From: Camelus ferus
Taxonomy: Eukaryota
Assembly (NCBI RefSeq): GCF_009834535.1
Contig: NC_045697.1
Location: forward strand, 29,886,001 to 29,950,000
Length of the DNA: 64,000 nucleotides
Direction: 5' to 3'
Made by a program: the position numbers and the translations under genes. Below, piece after piece: positions 36,896 to 50,338 of the stretch. The notes under the pieces are model-generated. The model saw only the letters and a list, made by a program, of their open reading frames with translations. It ran no database searches and had not been told where the DNA came from. The number at the start of each line of letters is the position of its first letter. Position 1 is the first letter of the stretch.

Positions 36896-39189
36896 ATTAC
36901 TTGAGGCCTAGCAATGCTAGATGCAATTTGTTTGGACTTAACTTCTTTGATGGCTTAAAATGACCAAAGAGACTTCACCTCATTTGATGTATATTTCTGT
37001 TGAGCTGCACAATTTTTACTGTCCTTTGCTTTAAAAAAAAAATAGGAAAAAGATGACAAGCATAAAAGAAAATGACAGATGGTTTCTGAGAAGCTGAGGG
37101 TCAGTGGTCCCATTTCATTGTATTGGTACCTAATCACATGAGCGAGAGTACAGTCTTGGCTTAGTGATTCATTCCTTTGGGATGTCTATGACAGATTTAG
37201 CACAAAAGCAGAAAGGGGAGGCCTTACTGGGGTTGCTCTTAGGGCTGGTGCCTGATTTCTGTTAGGTTCTGCAAAGCCTGGCCATTTCTTGAGGGGTGGG
37301 AGGCCCCCAACATAATCTAGAACTTTCTTTTGAGGACTTAGATTGTGAAAGCCATCAACAAAACATTAGCCCAAGTGGCATTTCCCCCTCACATGCTGTC
37401 CCTTTGCTTTGCATGGAAATGATTACCTTAGTTTAAAAACATGGAGGAGAAAAGTCCTCTGACCTAACTAAGATCCTAATGAAATGAACGTGTGCAGTCC
37501 ATGGCCCTTCGTCAGGGCTGAGGCCATGACTGATTGTTCTGTAGGACTGTCTAAATCAGTAGCATGTTTTTCGACCGCATGCAGAAGACCAACCTATTTA
37601 GCATTTTGGCCAGCATTGTCAAGGCAGCTGCTGCTTCAGGTCTGCACAATTCTCTTCATATGATAAATAATTGTAAAGGAAACTGTCAACTTGAGCATCT
37701 GGCTGATGGAAAGACTGACTTGAAAGCATGCTGAACTTGCGTGGATGCAGCCCCAACATCTGGACTTGATGGATTTGGGAGCGGGGCAGTACATTTGGCA
37801 TCTGTGTATCAGGTCCTAGAGCATTCTTTTTAAGTTGTTTGTACTGGCCCAGGTTGAATTGTATCCTTTAGGAAATGAAAAGGCAACTGCAAAAAGGATT
37901 AATTAGGTTCCATTTCTCTGGAAAAAAGTCTTTATTGGTAACGTACGGTTTCAGATGAGAGTTTTCACTGGTAATGTAAGTGCTCATAGGTTAGTCTTCC
38001 TCCTTGAGTAGATTATAATTGAGGAGATGGTTCATATAGAGAAAAGAGTTCTAACATCATAAAGGTAAAAAGATAGAAGAAGACAGAAAAAATCCCACAG
38101 GAATCTTCAGAGCATTTGGCATAGAAAAGTAGAAGTAATTCAAACATAAACTGAAAAATGCTTTGAATCACATAGAAAAGCATAAGTAAGTCATCAGTTT
38201 GTGCTGGATGAATCTTGAAATTTTGAACTTTGGTGCATAAACTAAAAAGAGCACAAGCCTTCTACCAGTGACCCCAAACCACAAAGTCATTTACTTTTAT
38301 TAACATTGGAGTAAATACCAGTGTTTGCTGGCTTGTGGCTTGGATATGAAACATGAAAGAGGAAAAGTCTGTTTGGTTTTCTTTTCCCCCAAAAAACTAA
38401 TACAGCTGGCAAAAGGCAACATTTTGCCTCACTTGTAATTGCCTGGAAATTTAAAATAGACCTTTTACTTTTTCAGAGTTTATATTGGAATTCCATCTTT
38501 ATAGGAAGTCAGTCAGCCCAGATTTTAATGGTACACACTGATCTTTCATGTGTAGTTTGTATTATGCGCAAGACCAACATGGTGGAATGCTCAGTTCTCT
38601 TGGGATGGGGCTGCTTGGAGAGCATCCAGGGTCTTGGACCACCTGAGTATTGAACAAAATATTGAACCACCCCAATATTGTCTTCTGTGCTGCTATAATC
38701 ATTTACTCCCTAGAAGATCTCAAAGGGACTTATATACACAGAGAACCAGTTGAGTAAAATTCATGTTTTTTTTTTAACTATGAATTTTTTTTTTCTGAAC
38801 GCCAAAGGCCCCCTGAAGAGCTTGGGTAGGGTGACCCAAATGTCAGCTGTCTAAGATCTGGACACAGTTGACTTCCTAGAGGTCACTTTTTCTGTTTATG
38901 ATCAACTCCCATTTGTGTTATCAGCCATATCTTAAAACAGGGACTCTATTAAATCTGTTTTTAGGGCTCAGACAGAACAGGAGAGAATGAGGGAGGCTCC
39001 ATGGTTTTACCTTTGCCAGTAAATCTCTAACAAATATCTAGAATCCAGGACCTGGGCATTTCCAATTGGTAGAGCTCTACCATTATTGGTTGATGGTGGC
39101 ATGGTTTCCAGTTTGGGTTCTATAACAAAAGCACCCCAGTGTTGTTCTGCATCCACTCCCCACTTGCCCTTCTCCCGAGCCTTTCTCTT

Positions 39190-39733
39190 ACAGTGGGATC
39201 TTCCTGAAACACTAATCTGACCTGTTACCCTTTTCCCAACTCTGCTTGAAGCCCTTCCATGGCTTCCCATTGTTCCTGGGCTCAGTTGACATTTCTTCAA
39301 GTGTGCTGCAAGACTGCACTGGTCCTTGTTCCACCCGCATCTCTAGCCAGGTGTTGGGCTCTGCTCACCTTGCTCTCTGAGCTCCTACCAGTGCATCCTG
39401 TCCCTCACACGTGCCGTGTTCCTTCCCTCCTCTGGGCTGCACACATGCCGTTCCCTCTTCCTGGAAGGCTTTTCCCTCTCTCTTTCCTTCCTTACCTCCT
39501 GCTCATTCTCAGCTCAGAAGCCATTTTCTTGAGCAGATCAAGTGTTCCCATTCTAAGCAATCCTGGCACCATGTGTTTTTCCTTTCTGGAACTTACAGCA
39601 GTTGTAATTTTGCATGTGTGTAATTTAATGAGTCTCTTCTCCCCTCTACGTACCTCATCATTCTGTTTCTTGTATCTAGCACAGTGTCTTTCTCACAGTA
39701 AGCACACACAACTATTTGTTGAATCAGTCAATA
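39190..39733 (+). mobile_element. L2 3' region
   Basis: cccttccatggcttcccattg...tctagcacagtg...tatttgttgaat. Confidence 0.85.
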
Positions 39734-40669
39734 GTCTGCAGGGAAAATCTGGTACTGGATCATAGTGACCAGAAGCATACCCATCGACTTTCAGAAGTTA
39801 GGCATTTGCAGTGGCGGTGCCTCTCATCTCTGTGTGTTTCCTGGGATCTCTGTCTCCTGTTTGGTGCAAATTCCATATAGGTAAAACCTCAAACTTTCAG
39901 ACTTTTCTTTTGGACTAATACAACAATTCCTGGCAGTCCAGATCTAAACTGAGAAGACTACTTTAAATTTAGTGAAGGGAATTCTCCAAGTTGCATTTCC
40001 CACAGTCTTCTTCTGCTCATGTCTTTGTTTTCATTCCCAGCAGAGCCCCCAGGCTTTCTCACCTCTGTACTACCACTTGTTGCTTCCTCTTTGGAACTCT
40101 ACCATCCGTGAACCAGACTCCTGGGGATGGTCCTCACCTGCCTTCACACTGGTTCCCATCTGAGAAATTAGCTCGATGGGTTTCTGGACCAGTGGTACCC
40201 TTGGTAGTGATTCCCCAGTTCCGGCTGCCAGCATACCAGTGAGGTCCAGAAGGCCCTTGGCTGAACGATCCTTCTCAAAGTCTTGCCTTTTCTCATCCTT
40301 TGGACTCCTAACCTTAAGTTCGGATGATCACCCTACTGACATGCCTTTTGACTACCTCTTCTGCATCCTGGGCCATAATTCCTGTTCTCCTGGTGTTCCG
40401 TGTCCATTTTTCTTGATAGCTCTGTCTTTCAAAGAAGGACACAAAATTACAACCCTCTTCTTTGGTTGCTTTGTTCCCATCTTCGTGTTCCCACCTGGAT
40501 CAGCATGCTTTCCCTCTGTTTATTTTCTTCCCCACAGTTTTTGTTTTTAAGTTCAAAACAAGTGTTTTATATTGATCCTACTCCTCTCTGCATTTGAGAT
40601 TCTCTTTCCAAAGTCCAAGTAATAATTTTTATCCACTTAGAAAATCTGAAGCCTTCTTTCTCAGCAGAG

Positions 40670-40865
40670 CAGAGGCCAGCAAAATTATGGTCCACCACAT
40701 GGTTTTATAAATAAAGTTTTATTGGAATACAACCACACCTAATCATTTGTTTGTCTACAGCTGTTTTTATACTATAAAGGCAGAGCTGAGTAGCTGTGAC
40801 AGAGACAGTATGGCGCACAAAGCCTAAAACATTTACTGCCTGGCCCTTTTCAGAAAATCTTTGCT
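40670..40865. mobile_element. MER58A-like hAT MITE
   Basis: taaataaagttttattggaatacaaccac...ggcagagctgagtagctgtgacagagac...caaagcctaaaac. Confidence 0.9.
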
Positions 40866-40871
40866 TCAGAT

Positions 40872-41025
40872 CAGTGGTTCTCCATCCTGTCCGCACATTA
40901 GAATTACCTGGGAAGCTTTTTAAAAAGATGTCAATGGCCAGACCCTGCCCCAGAACGACTGAAGAGGCTCTGGCAGGAGTCATATTTCTAGATGATTGTT
41001 ACGTGCAGTCAGAATGAGAAGCGCT
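40872..41025. mobile_element. MER5-like hAT MITE
   Basis: cagtggttctc...cacattagaattacctgggaagctttttaaaa...gagaagcgctg. Confidence 0.8.
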
Positions 41026-41409
41026 GTTGCTAAGTTCCCCTTCTTTATTTCTTGGCTGCTTGATGAACCCTGCTTCCTGGGCCCCTCAAATTTATAATCA
41101 TTATTGAAGCTTAGAAATAGGTCAGTTGCTTAGCCTCGGCTAAGAGATGGAATGAGCAGGGTGAACCCCAAACTGCACATCATCTTGAGAGCCGCCAATC
41201 TGCACACCAAAGGTCACTGCAAATTCCCAAGGAGGTGGTTTATTCAGAGGCCAGCAGATCAGTCTTCTTTTCCTTTAGTCTTCTGCCTAGCTTTCTGGTT
41301 CATCACTATGCTCCTCTCTTCGTAATGTTAGACTCTTGTCTGCTCCTTGTAGAGTTCTCCTGTGTCCTCTCAGGTTGTTTTCAGAATATTCCATTTTTTA
41401 CTGTTAATT

Positions 41410-41918
41410 TTATTATTATTATTACTAAATTGTGGCAAAATACACAAAATTTACCATTTTAAGTGTACAGTTCAGTGGCATAAAGTACATTCGCGGTGTT
41501 GTGCAACCATCCCAGCCATCCGTCTCCAGAACTCTTTCTATCTTGCGAGACAGAAACTTCGCTTTGTACTCATTAAACAATAGCTCCCTACTGCCCTTTG
41601 CCCCAGCCCCTGGTAACCATCATTCTACTTTCTGTTTTGATAAATTTGACTATTCCAGGTACCTCGTATAAGTGGAATAGTACAGTATTTGTCCTTTTGT
41701 GACTGGCTTGCTTCACTTAGCAGAGTCCTCAGTGTTCATCCGTGTTGTGACATGTGTCGGGATTTCCTTCTCTTTTCAGGCTCAATAACATTCCTTTGTG
41801 TGAATCTCCCACATGTTGTTTGTCTCTTCATCTGTTAATGGACATTGGAGTGTCTTCTGTCTTTTGGCTTTTGTGAGTAATGCTGCTTTGAACATGAGTA
41901 TACGAACATCTCTTCCAG
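41410..41918 (-). mobile_element. L1MB-like 3' end
   Basis: aaatttaccattttaagtgtacagttcagtggcat...ttgtgcaaccatc...ggtacctcgtataagtggaat. Confidence 0.9.
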
Positions 41919-42599
41919 TCTACTAAATTCCTTTTTAACTTGGTATCTCTGATATTGAGGGGAATTTAGACCTAGACCATGGTCCTTATTACTCTCATAT
42001 AAGAGATCATATTCTTGGAAAATCAGTGGTCAGAAATAAGCATTTTATATTTTGCAGCTCTACCAGAAAACAAAACAAAATATCAATATCATGCTTTCAG
42101 GCACCATTGAACTCAGAGGCCAAATATTTGGCAGCATCCATTACAGTGCAGTTAGAAGTACCGACACATACTGGGCACTATTCATGCAGTGTCACAAATC
42201 ATACTGCAGACGTGGTGCTTGCCTGGTGATCTTCAACATTTTGATAATCTACATTTTTTCCCGTTTGCTTTTCATGTGGCAAAAGTGACAGGACTTTGGG
42301 AGCCTGATAGTCTAATACAGCGAAAGCTTTCATGTTTGCTTTTATTTTCACAGGTCCATAATCATTTGAGCACAATTATAAAGCCTAAAAAGTTTTGAAG
42401 AATGGAAGTTTTCTTTTTAATTTTAGTTTTAACAATATTTTTCCTTCCTTCTTCCCTCCTACCCTCCCTTCCTTCCTTCCTTTTGTAATTTGTTTTTAGC
42501 AAACCTCTGACCTGATCTGAAATGACTTCAGGCTATTTATTATTTTTATTTATTCCCTTTATGGGGCCATTCAAACATTTCACCATGCAACTGTTGTGT

Positions 42600-42735
42600 T
42601 TGATTACAGGGTGCTTCCCTAGACCCCTTGGAGGTGTTATATAATAGACAGCACATGCATTATATTTCCATTCTAAAATCTAAGAAATTATAAATGACCC
42701 TTAAGAGTTTTGGGTAAGGCTTTGCAGCCCTGCAT
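42600..42735 (-). mobile_element. MER46C-like fragment
   Basis: tgattacagggtgcttccctagacccc...ggtgttat...ttctaaaatct. Confidence 0.6.
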
Positions 42736-43859
42736 TACCAGGTATGTGTGTTTCTCTCATTCGGGTAAGATCAAAGTTTGTGATGACACCAAAGCTACCT
42801 TTTGGAATTTTACTTACTTTTGTACACCCTTACTGTCTGTCATTTGACCAGTGTAGCATGTGGGTAGCAGCTCAAATTTCTAACTCTGGGCTCTTGTCTG
42901 TTGAGCTTCACGTGCATGAAGCTCACTGTAGAGAGAATCTTATTTTTAAGAAGTTGCAAAGCTGTCACATCACCCAGGCAAGGTGTTCATCTTAGTGATT
43001 TTCAAACTCTTCTTCCAAAAGACTCAGCAGAGGAGCTGTCATCATGGCTCTACTTAAATATACTCAATGGGCAGCTTTCACCATGACTTGTATAAAGATG
43101 TCATAGTGTCATCCAGTGAATCCATTGAAGCTGAAAACCATTGATACTTCTTAGAAGGCAGAAAGTCAGTGACCTGTACCTCTTGGTAGTTGGACACTGG
43201 TACTTTTAACCCCCACTCCCTGCCTCCCCAGCACACACACAACTGAAATGAAGCCAACCACATGTGAGCGACTGACCTCCTCTACCTGTTTATCTTGCTC
43301 CTTCTTTGGGGGAAATAGGATCCCTTGTATTTCTCCAGAATATACAAATGTGGTTGAAAGTCAAAAATCATACCATGCTGATCTGTTTTCTGCCTCCTCT
43401 TTCAGTAATAGATTTCCCAAGTCTCTGAAGTGTTGTTTCTCTGGAATGTCCCACTCATCAATGACTCTCTTGTACTTGTCAAAACAAGAGGTGAAGGGGG
43501 CTCTGAATGTGGCTTTGGGCCATGCGTGGAGTCCTCAGTATTTTTCATAGCATCCAAGGTACAGCTGATGACATATATTCCAGAAAAACTTTCCTTCTAG
43601 TTTTAACATCCTTTTCAGGATGATATCATTGCTGGTTTTGAAAAACTCACAAAAAAATCTTCTGTTTCTCAAAGACATCAGGCTTATCTTTCAGCACATG
43701 TCTCAAGGGTAACAACTGTGAAGTCGTAAAGACTCTTGAAGGAGAGGCAAAGAAGCGGACGAGGCAGGAGTGGACCATCTGATGGTGGCCCACACTTACT
43801 CACTACCCACATATCAGTTCACTAGCCCCACTCTTCATATTTTTCTTTCCTAATCCTTC

Positions 43860-46342
43860 ATCTCCATTCTCCTTTTCTCACTCTCAGCTAATGGCTTCAA
43901 GAAGCTGTTTGATGGGAACTGATGGGAACTGCTTATCTGTTCATCATTAAACTTACCTCTGCATCTGCACCCCTGGACTGCGCCTGCCTTCCATTACAAT
44001 GAATGATCTTTCTCTGCACAGCTAAGGCCAGACCTTGCCCTTGTGGTCTACACCCCCTCACCTATGCAGAGGTTTACTCTTTGTCTTAGTTGTCGGCCCT
44101 CTTTTTCCTATATCGTTGCCTTCTCTTTTTGTACCAGGTAATTTCTTTAGTGTGTGCCCTTTCTAAATTACACACACACCTCCACCTGCTTCTCCACGTC
44201 TACTTGTTCAGAGTTGTCTCTGCTCTCCTTCTTCTCTACTCCAGTGTACTCGCATCCTCACCAATCTGTAGGAGTTACCCACGTCAAGGTGACCTGTGTC
44301 CTGCGTTGCCCAAATCCAACAGACAGTTCCCAGTTCTCATCTCATACAATCTCTCAGCATCACTGGACCATGAACCACTCTGCCCTTCTTTATTTTTCCT
44401 CCCTTGGCTTCCAGGACATCCTCATCTTATAATTTCTCCTAATTCATTAACCATTCCTTTTTGTTCTCCTTTGCTGAACTCTCCCTCTTTCTCCTGATCT
44501 GTAGTTGCTGACTGGCCCCAGGGTTTAGTCCTTGGACCTCTTCTCTTGCACACTCCAGGGGTGACTTTACCTCATGGTCCACATCCAGGTATATAACTCT
44601 AGCTTTCACCTTTCCTTTGAGCTGTAGTGTATCTGTTTCCCCGTTGTCTCCACTTCGATATCACAGTTAGCTCAACCTTAATGGGAACAAAATATAGCTC
44701 TTGATTTTTCTTTCCAAAGCTGCCCCTCTTCAAGTCTTCCCTCTCTTGATAGCACCGCTTTGCTCAAGGTCAAAACGTACAGAGATTCTGAACTCTTCTC
44801 CTTTGCTGATATCTCACATTTGGTCAGTCCATCAGCAAATCCTTTAGACTCTTCCTTCAAAATAAACCTGGGATCTGACCACTTCTCATCATTCCCTCAG
44901 CTTCTAGCCTAGTCCAAGTTACCATCTTTCTCTCCTAGCCTATGGAGTTATGTCCTCAGTGGTCCTCCTGTCCCCAGCCTTGCCCACCTGCCCCCTCATG
45001 TCAATTCTCCTTACAATGGTCGAAGTAATTTTTTAATGTTAATTAAATCACAACACTTCCCTGCTCAAACCCCTTTTTTTTTTCCAGTGAATGCTTTGAA
45101 CAGAACTGAGAATAAGTTCCAAGGTCCTTCTTATTGTCTAGAGGGCTGTTAGCCTCCTCTCTGTCCTCTTCTTGTCATGCTGCCACCCTTACTGCCTCCA
45201 TTCTAGCCATACTTGCCTTTTCCTTTACCAGACACCACACTTTCACACCCACCTGTGGGCCTTGAACTTGTGTGTGTCTCTGCCTGCAATGCTTTTCCTA
45301 CAGAAATGAGGGTTGCTCACCACCTACATCATTCAAGTCTCTGATTACGTGCCACTTCCTTGGAGAAGACTTTTCATGGTAAAATATCTCAAGTAACAAT
45401 CCATGCTTCGCCACTTTTATTTTTTAAATTTTAACAACCTTATTTTATTGAGATATTTTTATTTACAATATTATATTACTTTAAGTTGTATGACATAATG
45501 ATTCAAAATTTTTATAGATTATACTCCATTTAAAGTTATTTTAAAATTTTGGCTATATTCCTTGTGCTGTGCAATATATCCTTGTAACTTATTTATTTTA
45601 AAACTAGTAGTTTGCACCTCTTAATTCCCTACCCCTATATTGCCCCCCCATATTGCCCCTCCCCCCAATCTCTCCCCACTGGTAATCACTAATTTCTTCT
45701 CTGTATCTATGAGTCTGTTTCTGTTTTGTTATATTCTTTTGTTTGTTTTGTTTTTAGATCCCATATATAAGTGATGACATTTCTCTGTCTGACTTATTTC
45801 ACTAAGCATAATACAGTCCAAGTCTATCTCTGTTATTGCAAATGGCACAACTTCATGTTTTTATGGCTGAATAGGATTCTATTTTGTGTGCATGTGTGTG
45901 TGTGTACACATATATATTTACATGTGACATCTTAATCCATTTATCTGTTGATGGACACTAATGCTGTTTCTGTATCTTGACTATTGTAAATAATACTGCT
46001 ATAAACATTGAGGTACATGTATATTTTTAAAATGAGTATTTTAGTTCTCTTTGGATAATACCGAGGAATGGACTTGATGGATCATATGGTAGTTCTTTTT
46101 TCAGCTTTTTGAGGAAACTCCACACTGGTTTTCCATAGTGACTGTTTGCTACTTTTTATCCCTTTATTTTGCTCTATTTTTCTTCAGAGCACTTACTATT
46201 ACCTGATATTGTATTATATTTTATATTGTTTATTATCCATCTACCAAAACAATGCCATGAATCCAGAGGTCACATCCCCAGTGTCTAGAATAATGTCATA
46301 CACAGAAGATAGGCTCTGTAAACAATTGTTCAATGAATGAAT
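43860..46342 (+). mobile_element. Long L2 (L2a-like) interrupted by an L1 at 45419-46144
   Basis: cccttggcttccaggaca, ccccagggtttagtccttggacctcttctc, ccatcagcaaatcct; tail ttgttcaatgaatgaat. Confidence 0.85.
45419..46144 (-). mobile_element. 5'-truncated L1 nested in L2
   Basis: L1 3'UTR/ORF2 end; TSD TTCGCCACTTTT 45407-45418 and TTTGCTACTTTT 46145-46156. Confidence 0.92.
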
Positions 46343-46429
46343 CTACTCAGGGACACAACATATGAATAACAATAGCAATTTAAGGTAAATTACATTTTAC
46401 AAATTGCATTTTTTTTTCATTAACAGTTT

Positions 46430-46610
46430 TTGTGTGCTCTTATATACATACTCTCATTCAATCCTTACCTGTAAGATCAGGGCTATCAGTTTCCTATTTT
46501 TTAGGTGAGGAAAGAGCTGTAGTGCAGATGTATCTGCCCCAAATCACATAGCTAGTTAGTGGAGGAGGTGGGATTGAAGCCCAGATTTTCTGATTATAAA
46601 TCCTGTCTTA
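46430..46610 (-). mobile_element. MIR SINE
   Basis: ttaggtgaggaaa...aatcacatagctagttagtgg...ggattgaagcccag. Confidence 0.8.
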
Positions 46611-46632
46611 CTGCATGTATATAAAAGATAAG

Positions 46633-47057
46633 TTAAGTGAAGTAAGCCAGAAAGAAAAAGAAAAAAAATCATATGATATCACTTATATGTGGAATCTTAA
46701 AAAATGAGACAAATGAAATTATTTACAAAACAGAAACAGACTCACAGACATAGAAAGCAAACTTATGGTTACGAGGGGGGAAAAGGGAGGTGGAGGGTTA
46801 AATTGAGTTTGGGATTGACAGATACTAACTAAAATATATAAAATAGATAAACAACAAGGCCCTACTGTATAGCATAGGAAACTATATTGAATACTGTGTA
46901 ATGGCCTATAATGGAAAAGAGTATGAAAAAGAATATATATCTATATCTATATCTGTATCTATATCTATATCTATATATCTATATCTGAATCACTATGCTG
47001 TACACTGGAAATTAACACAACATTGTAAACTGACTATACTTCAATAATTTAAAAAAA
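46633..47057 (+). mobile_element. 5'-truncated L1 3' end containing (TATATC)n
   Basis: aagtgaagtaagccagaaag...cagactcacagacatag...acaacattgtaaactgactatacttcaata. Confidence 0.93.
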
Positions 47058-47328
47058 GACATTAAATGCTTTGTGAGTTGTAGACAAGTTTGGTGTACTA
47101 AGGGTTCTAGGGGCTGGTGGGTGCTTTGGGGAAATCTTTTTGCATTTGTGTCTTGAGATTTGAACAGGGGATTGGACACAAAGAGCAAAGGCGTTCCAGA
47201 TACAGTAAACGTCATGAACAAATGCAAAGAGGCATGGATGTGTATGGTGAATTCACACAAGGAGTAGATTCAAATAGCACATTCAAATTAGTGCTTGAGC
47301 TTGAGGCAGTAGGGAACATTAAAAAAAT

Positions 47329-47535
47329 GTTTTTTAATTCAAGTATAGTCAGTTACAATGTGTCAATTTCTGGTGTACAGCATAATGTTTCAGTCATACA
47401 TATGCATACATATATTCGTTTTCGTATTCTTTTTCATTATAGGTTACTACAAGATTGAGTATAGTTCCCTGTGCTATATAGAAAAAAAATTTTTATATCT
47501 ATTTTATAGATGGTAGTTAATCTTTGCAGATCTGA
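47329..47535 (-). mobile_element. L1 3' end
   Basis: aagtatagtcagttacaatgtgtcaatttctggtgtacagcat...tatagttccctgtgctata. Confidence 0.9.
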
Positions 47536-49067
47536 ATCAAGACTGCCACATACAAAGAGGTTTGCTGAGGATCCCTTAGCTTGGTGAGTGGTGCAGAGAA
47601 AGAGGGGAGGAGATCAGAGGGGAGGGAGTAGGAACTAGGGCCTGGATTGGAAAGACTCGCTCAGAAAGAAAGAGACAATTCTTTGCTTTGAGGCAGAGAA
47701 AAAGGTGCCAAGGTTAGGGAAGATTCTGGTAGCTCCCAAGATGTTGGAGAGTGATCCTTTCTGTGTCTGAGGATGCTAGTCTTTCCAAAACAAGACATTG
47801 TTTTGAAAATAAAGATTGAAGACTAGACAAGTTTAGGGGTTGAGGTTTTGGGTTGTTAGTAAAAATCTTGGAAGAGTCATGATGTAAAAAATAACTGACA
47901 TTGTAGAACAGCAACAGTTAGATCTTAACTCAGATTAAGAAACATATTTTGAGCTCCTATCATTTGTTGGCTCTAACTTCTTAATAAGAAAATATTTTTG
48001 TATATTTTCTGTTTGTTTTTTAGATTGTGCTAATCACACGGTGGTGAAGTTAAACCACTATGCACTGTGACTTCAGGCAAGGTGAAGCTTTATTTTAGAA
48101 GCTGAGTCACTTTGAAATGGTTTTTAATAAATGTTCTAGGATGGTGGAAAGATCTGGGGAGAACAATGCTTAATATTTCAAAGTGAGCACTTGGAAATCT
48201 ATTTCTGCTTCTTAGTAATAGGATCTCTGAGGCTCCAGAATTATTTTCGAACTGGTTCAGTGGTTCTCGGAGGCCCTGCTATCCCAGGTCTGTGGAGCTG
48301 GCAAATGGTTTGGTGTAATTGCTTTTGCACCTGGCATTTGATGGGAATGGTTTTGGAAATTACTTAGTCATAGAACTAAAAAATATCTCATGTTTATCCT
48401 CTTAGAGTTTGGATTTAATGGCCAAATGGCTTGATTGACCCTATCTATGGTTCAAAGCTATTTCGTTGTTAAAATTCCCGACCACTGTGCTCCTCAATTA
48501 AATTGCAAATTTAAATCAAATGTGTGTTTTGTAGCTATATTTTGAAGCAGCCTGTGATCTGTTTTTCTGATGTATTGATTCCAGCCAGTGCTTTTGTTCT
48601 TGGCGTTTCCTTTAGCTCGGCACACACCCCTCCTTTCTACCAATCTAAGCTCACCCCCACTTTTGGGGGAAGACTTCCCTCTTTAATATCCCTCTCTCAC
48701 TAGTCCTTGTTTGACTTCTCTGAACACCTGCACACAAGTGCACTTGTAATTTTTCTTTCCTTAACTTCCCTATAAACTGGATACATTATATGACCTTTTT
48801 TTTTTTTTTAAATTCCTTTGTGGTTTAAAATATTCTGCACAGAAAAGGCAGTTTTGTGGACAGAGAGTACTCCATCTCCACTCTTTTTTTTTTTTTCAAG
48901 AGAAGCAGTAAAAAACCATTGTTGTTGTTGCTTAATTATTAGTTTATTCAAATTTTGGTAGCTTATTCAAATTTTTTAAAGTACTAGGAAGTCCAGTACA
49001 GTAAAGAACAACTTGTGTGAGGGTCTGTTTGGTGCCCCCAGGCTGTGAGTTACCAGCTGGCTGGAAA

Positions 49068-49362
49068 GTCTGTTTCCTAACACACATTCTGTGCAACACT
49101 GGTCCTACTCACCAGAGGCTTTTTTTGAAAAGGGGTCTTGGTAGAACAGATTAGGAAACACTATTTTATCCCCCATAGGAGGATCTCTGTGCATATCAGC
49201 ATATTACTGGCTCGGAGAAGCTCAAAGTTGACCAAAAGAAATTTTTTTTTTTTTCAAACTTAGCGTTCCCCAAACTTACTTGACCATGGAGCGTTTTTTC
49301 CACATCACATCTCTTAACATGCTGCGAAAACTAGGATTCGGTGGGACATATTTTGAGAAATG
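49068..49362. mobile_element. hAT-Charlie MITE (MER112/MER117-like)
   Basis: agcgttccccaaacttacttgaccatgga...ttaacatgctgcgaaaactag...ttttgagaaa. Confidence 0.6.
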
Positions 49363-50338
49363 ATTCTGTTAAGTATTTCCTCTCTTAGGTAGGCCAAAGA
49401 GTAAATATGAAGGCCAATCCCCATGAAATGATAATTTCATCTCACTAAATACATGATGTGAAAAACAAGTATGGTCTTTGCATGTTAGCTCCTCCCACTG
49501 CCATAAAATGACAGTACATTTTGGTGTGAGTGGATTTTTTTTTTTTAAATGCTGGGTGTGGGAAGAGGAAGCGTGCGGGCTATCACTGCCTCTTCTGGGA
49601 GACGTCGGTCTGTCCCTTGTCTTTCTCAGGTTGGTCATTGTGTGCCACTGCGAATCCCCGTCCCATCCCCATCAACATGCTGCATAATAGATGAGGCTGA
49701 AGAGACTGAGGCAGCAGGTGCTCCAGCAATTAAAAAAAAGAAAGAACAGAGCTGTTGATTGTGGAAACAGCATTAGTCTTCCCTTTCTTCCTCTCACAAA
49801 CAACAGCTTTCTGTGTCAATCAGCAGCAAATAGCAACTGGTCTGCTTTGCAACTTCTAGTTATTACCTCCCGAGCAGTGTAGTCAAGACTCCCCTTTGGA
49901 TGGTTTGTGTCCTTATGTTGGAAGTGGAGTGTTTTTTCCATTTGTCCTCTAAAAGGTTATCACAATCTGGTTAATTGCCTGCAAATTTATCTAGTTAAAA
50001 ATTGTATTACTGTGCACTAGAATGGATTGGGGACAATTACTAGCTTCGCTGTAATTGTTGGCTCTCCCATAAGGGGAGGAGGAAATATGTTTTCAAATTC
50101 AGGACTAGAGAGTGTACAGATTTCAAGAACCATAGCTAGGAAATATTTAGAACAAAAGTAAGCTTTTTATATCTGATGTTAAATGCTTGGAAAAGGCCTA
50201 TTCTTTGGATTATTACTGCACCAATTTTCAGGAATTTGGTGGAGACCTTTTGCTTTTGCTTTGTAATTGGCTACTCATAGCCAGGAATCAGAAACAATTA
50301 TCTGAAAGGACAATAGATTTATGTCATCATAGTAGTTG

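Noticed and set aside
39259..39765. 168-aa ORF
   Set aside because: Lies within the pyrimidine-rich L2 3' region; Leu/Ser/Pro-rich chance ORF
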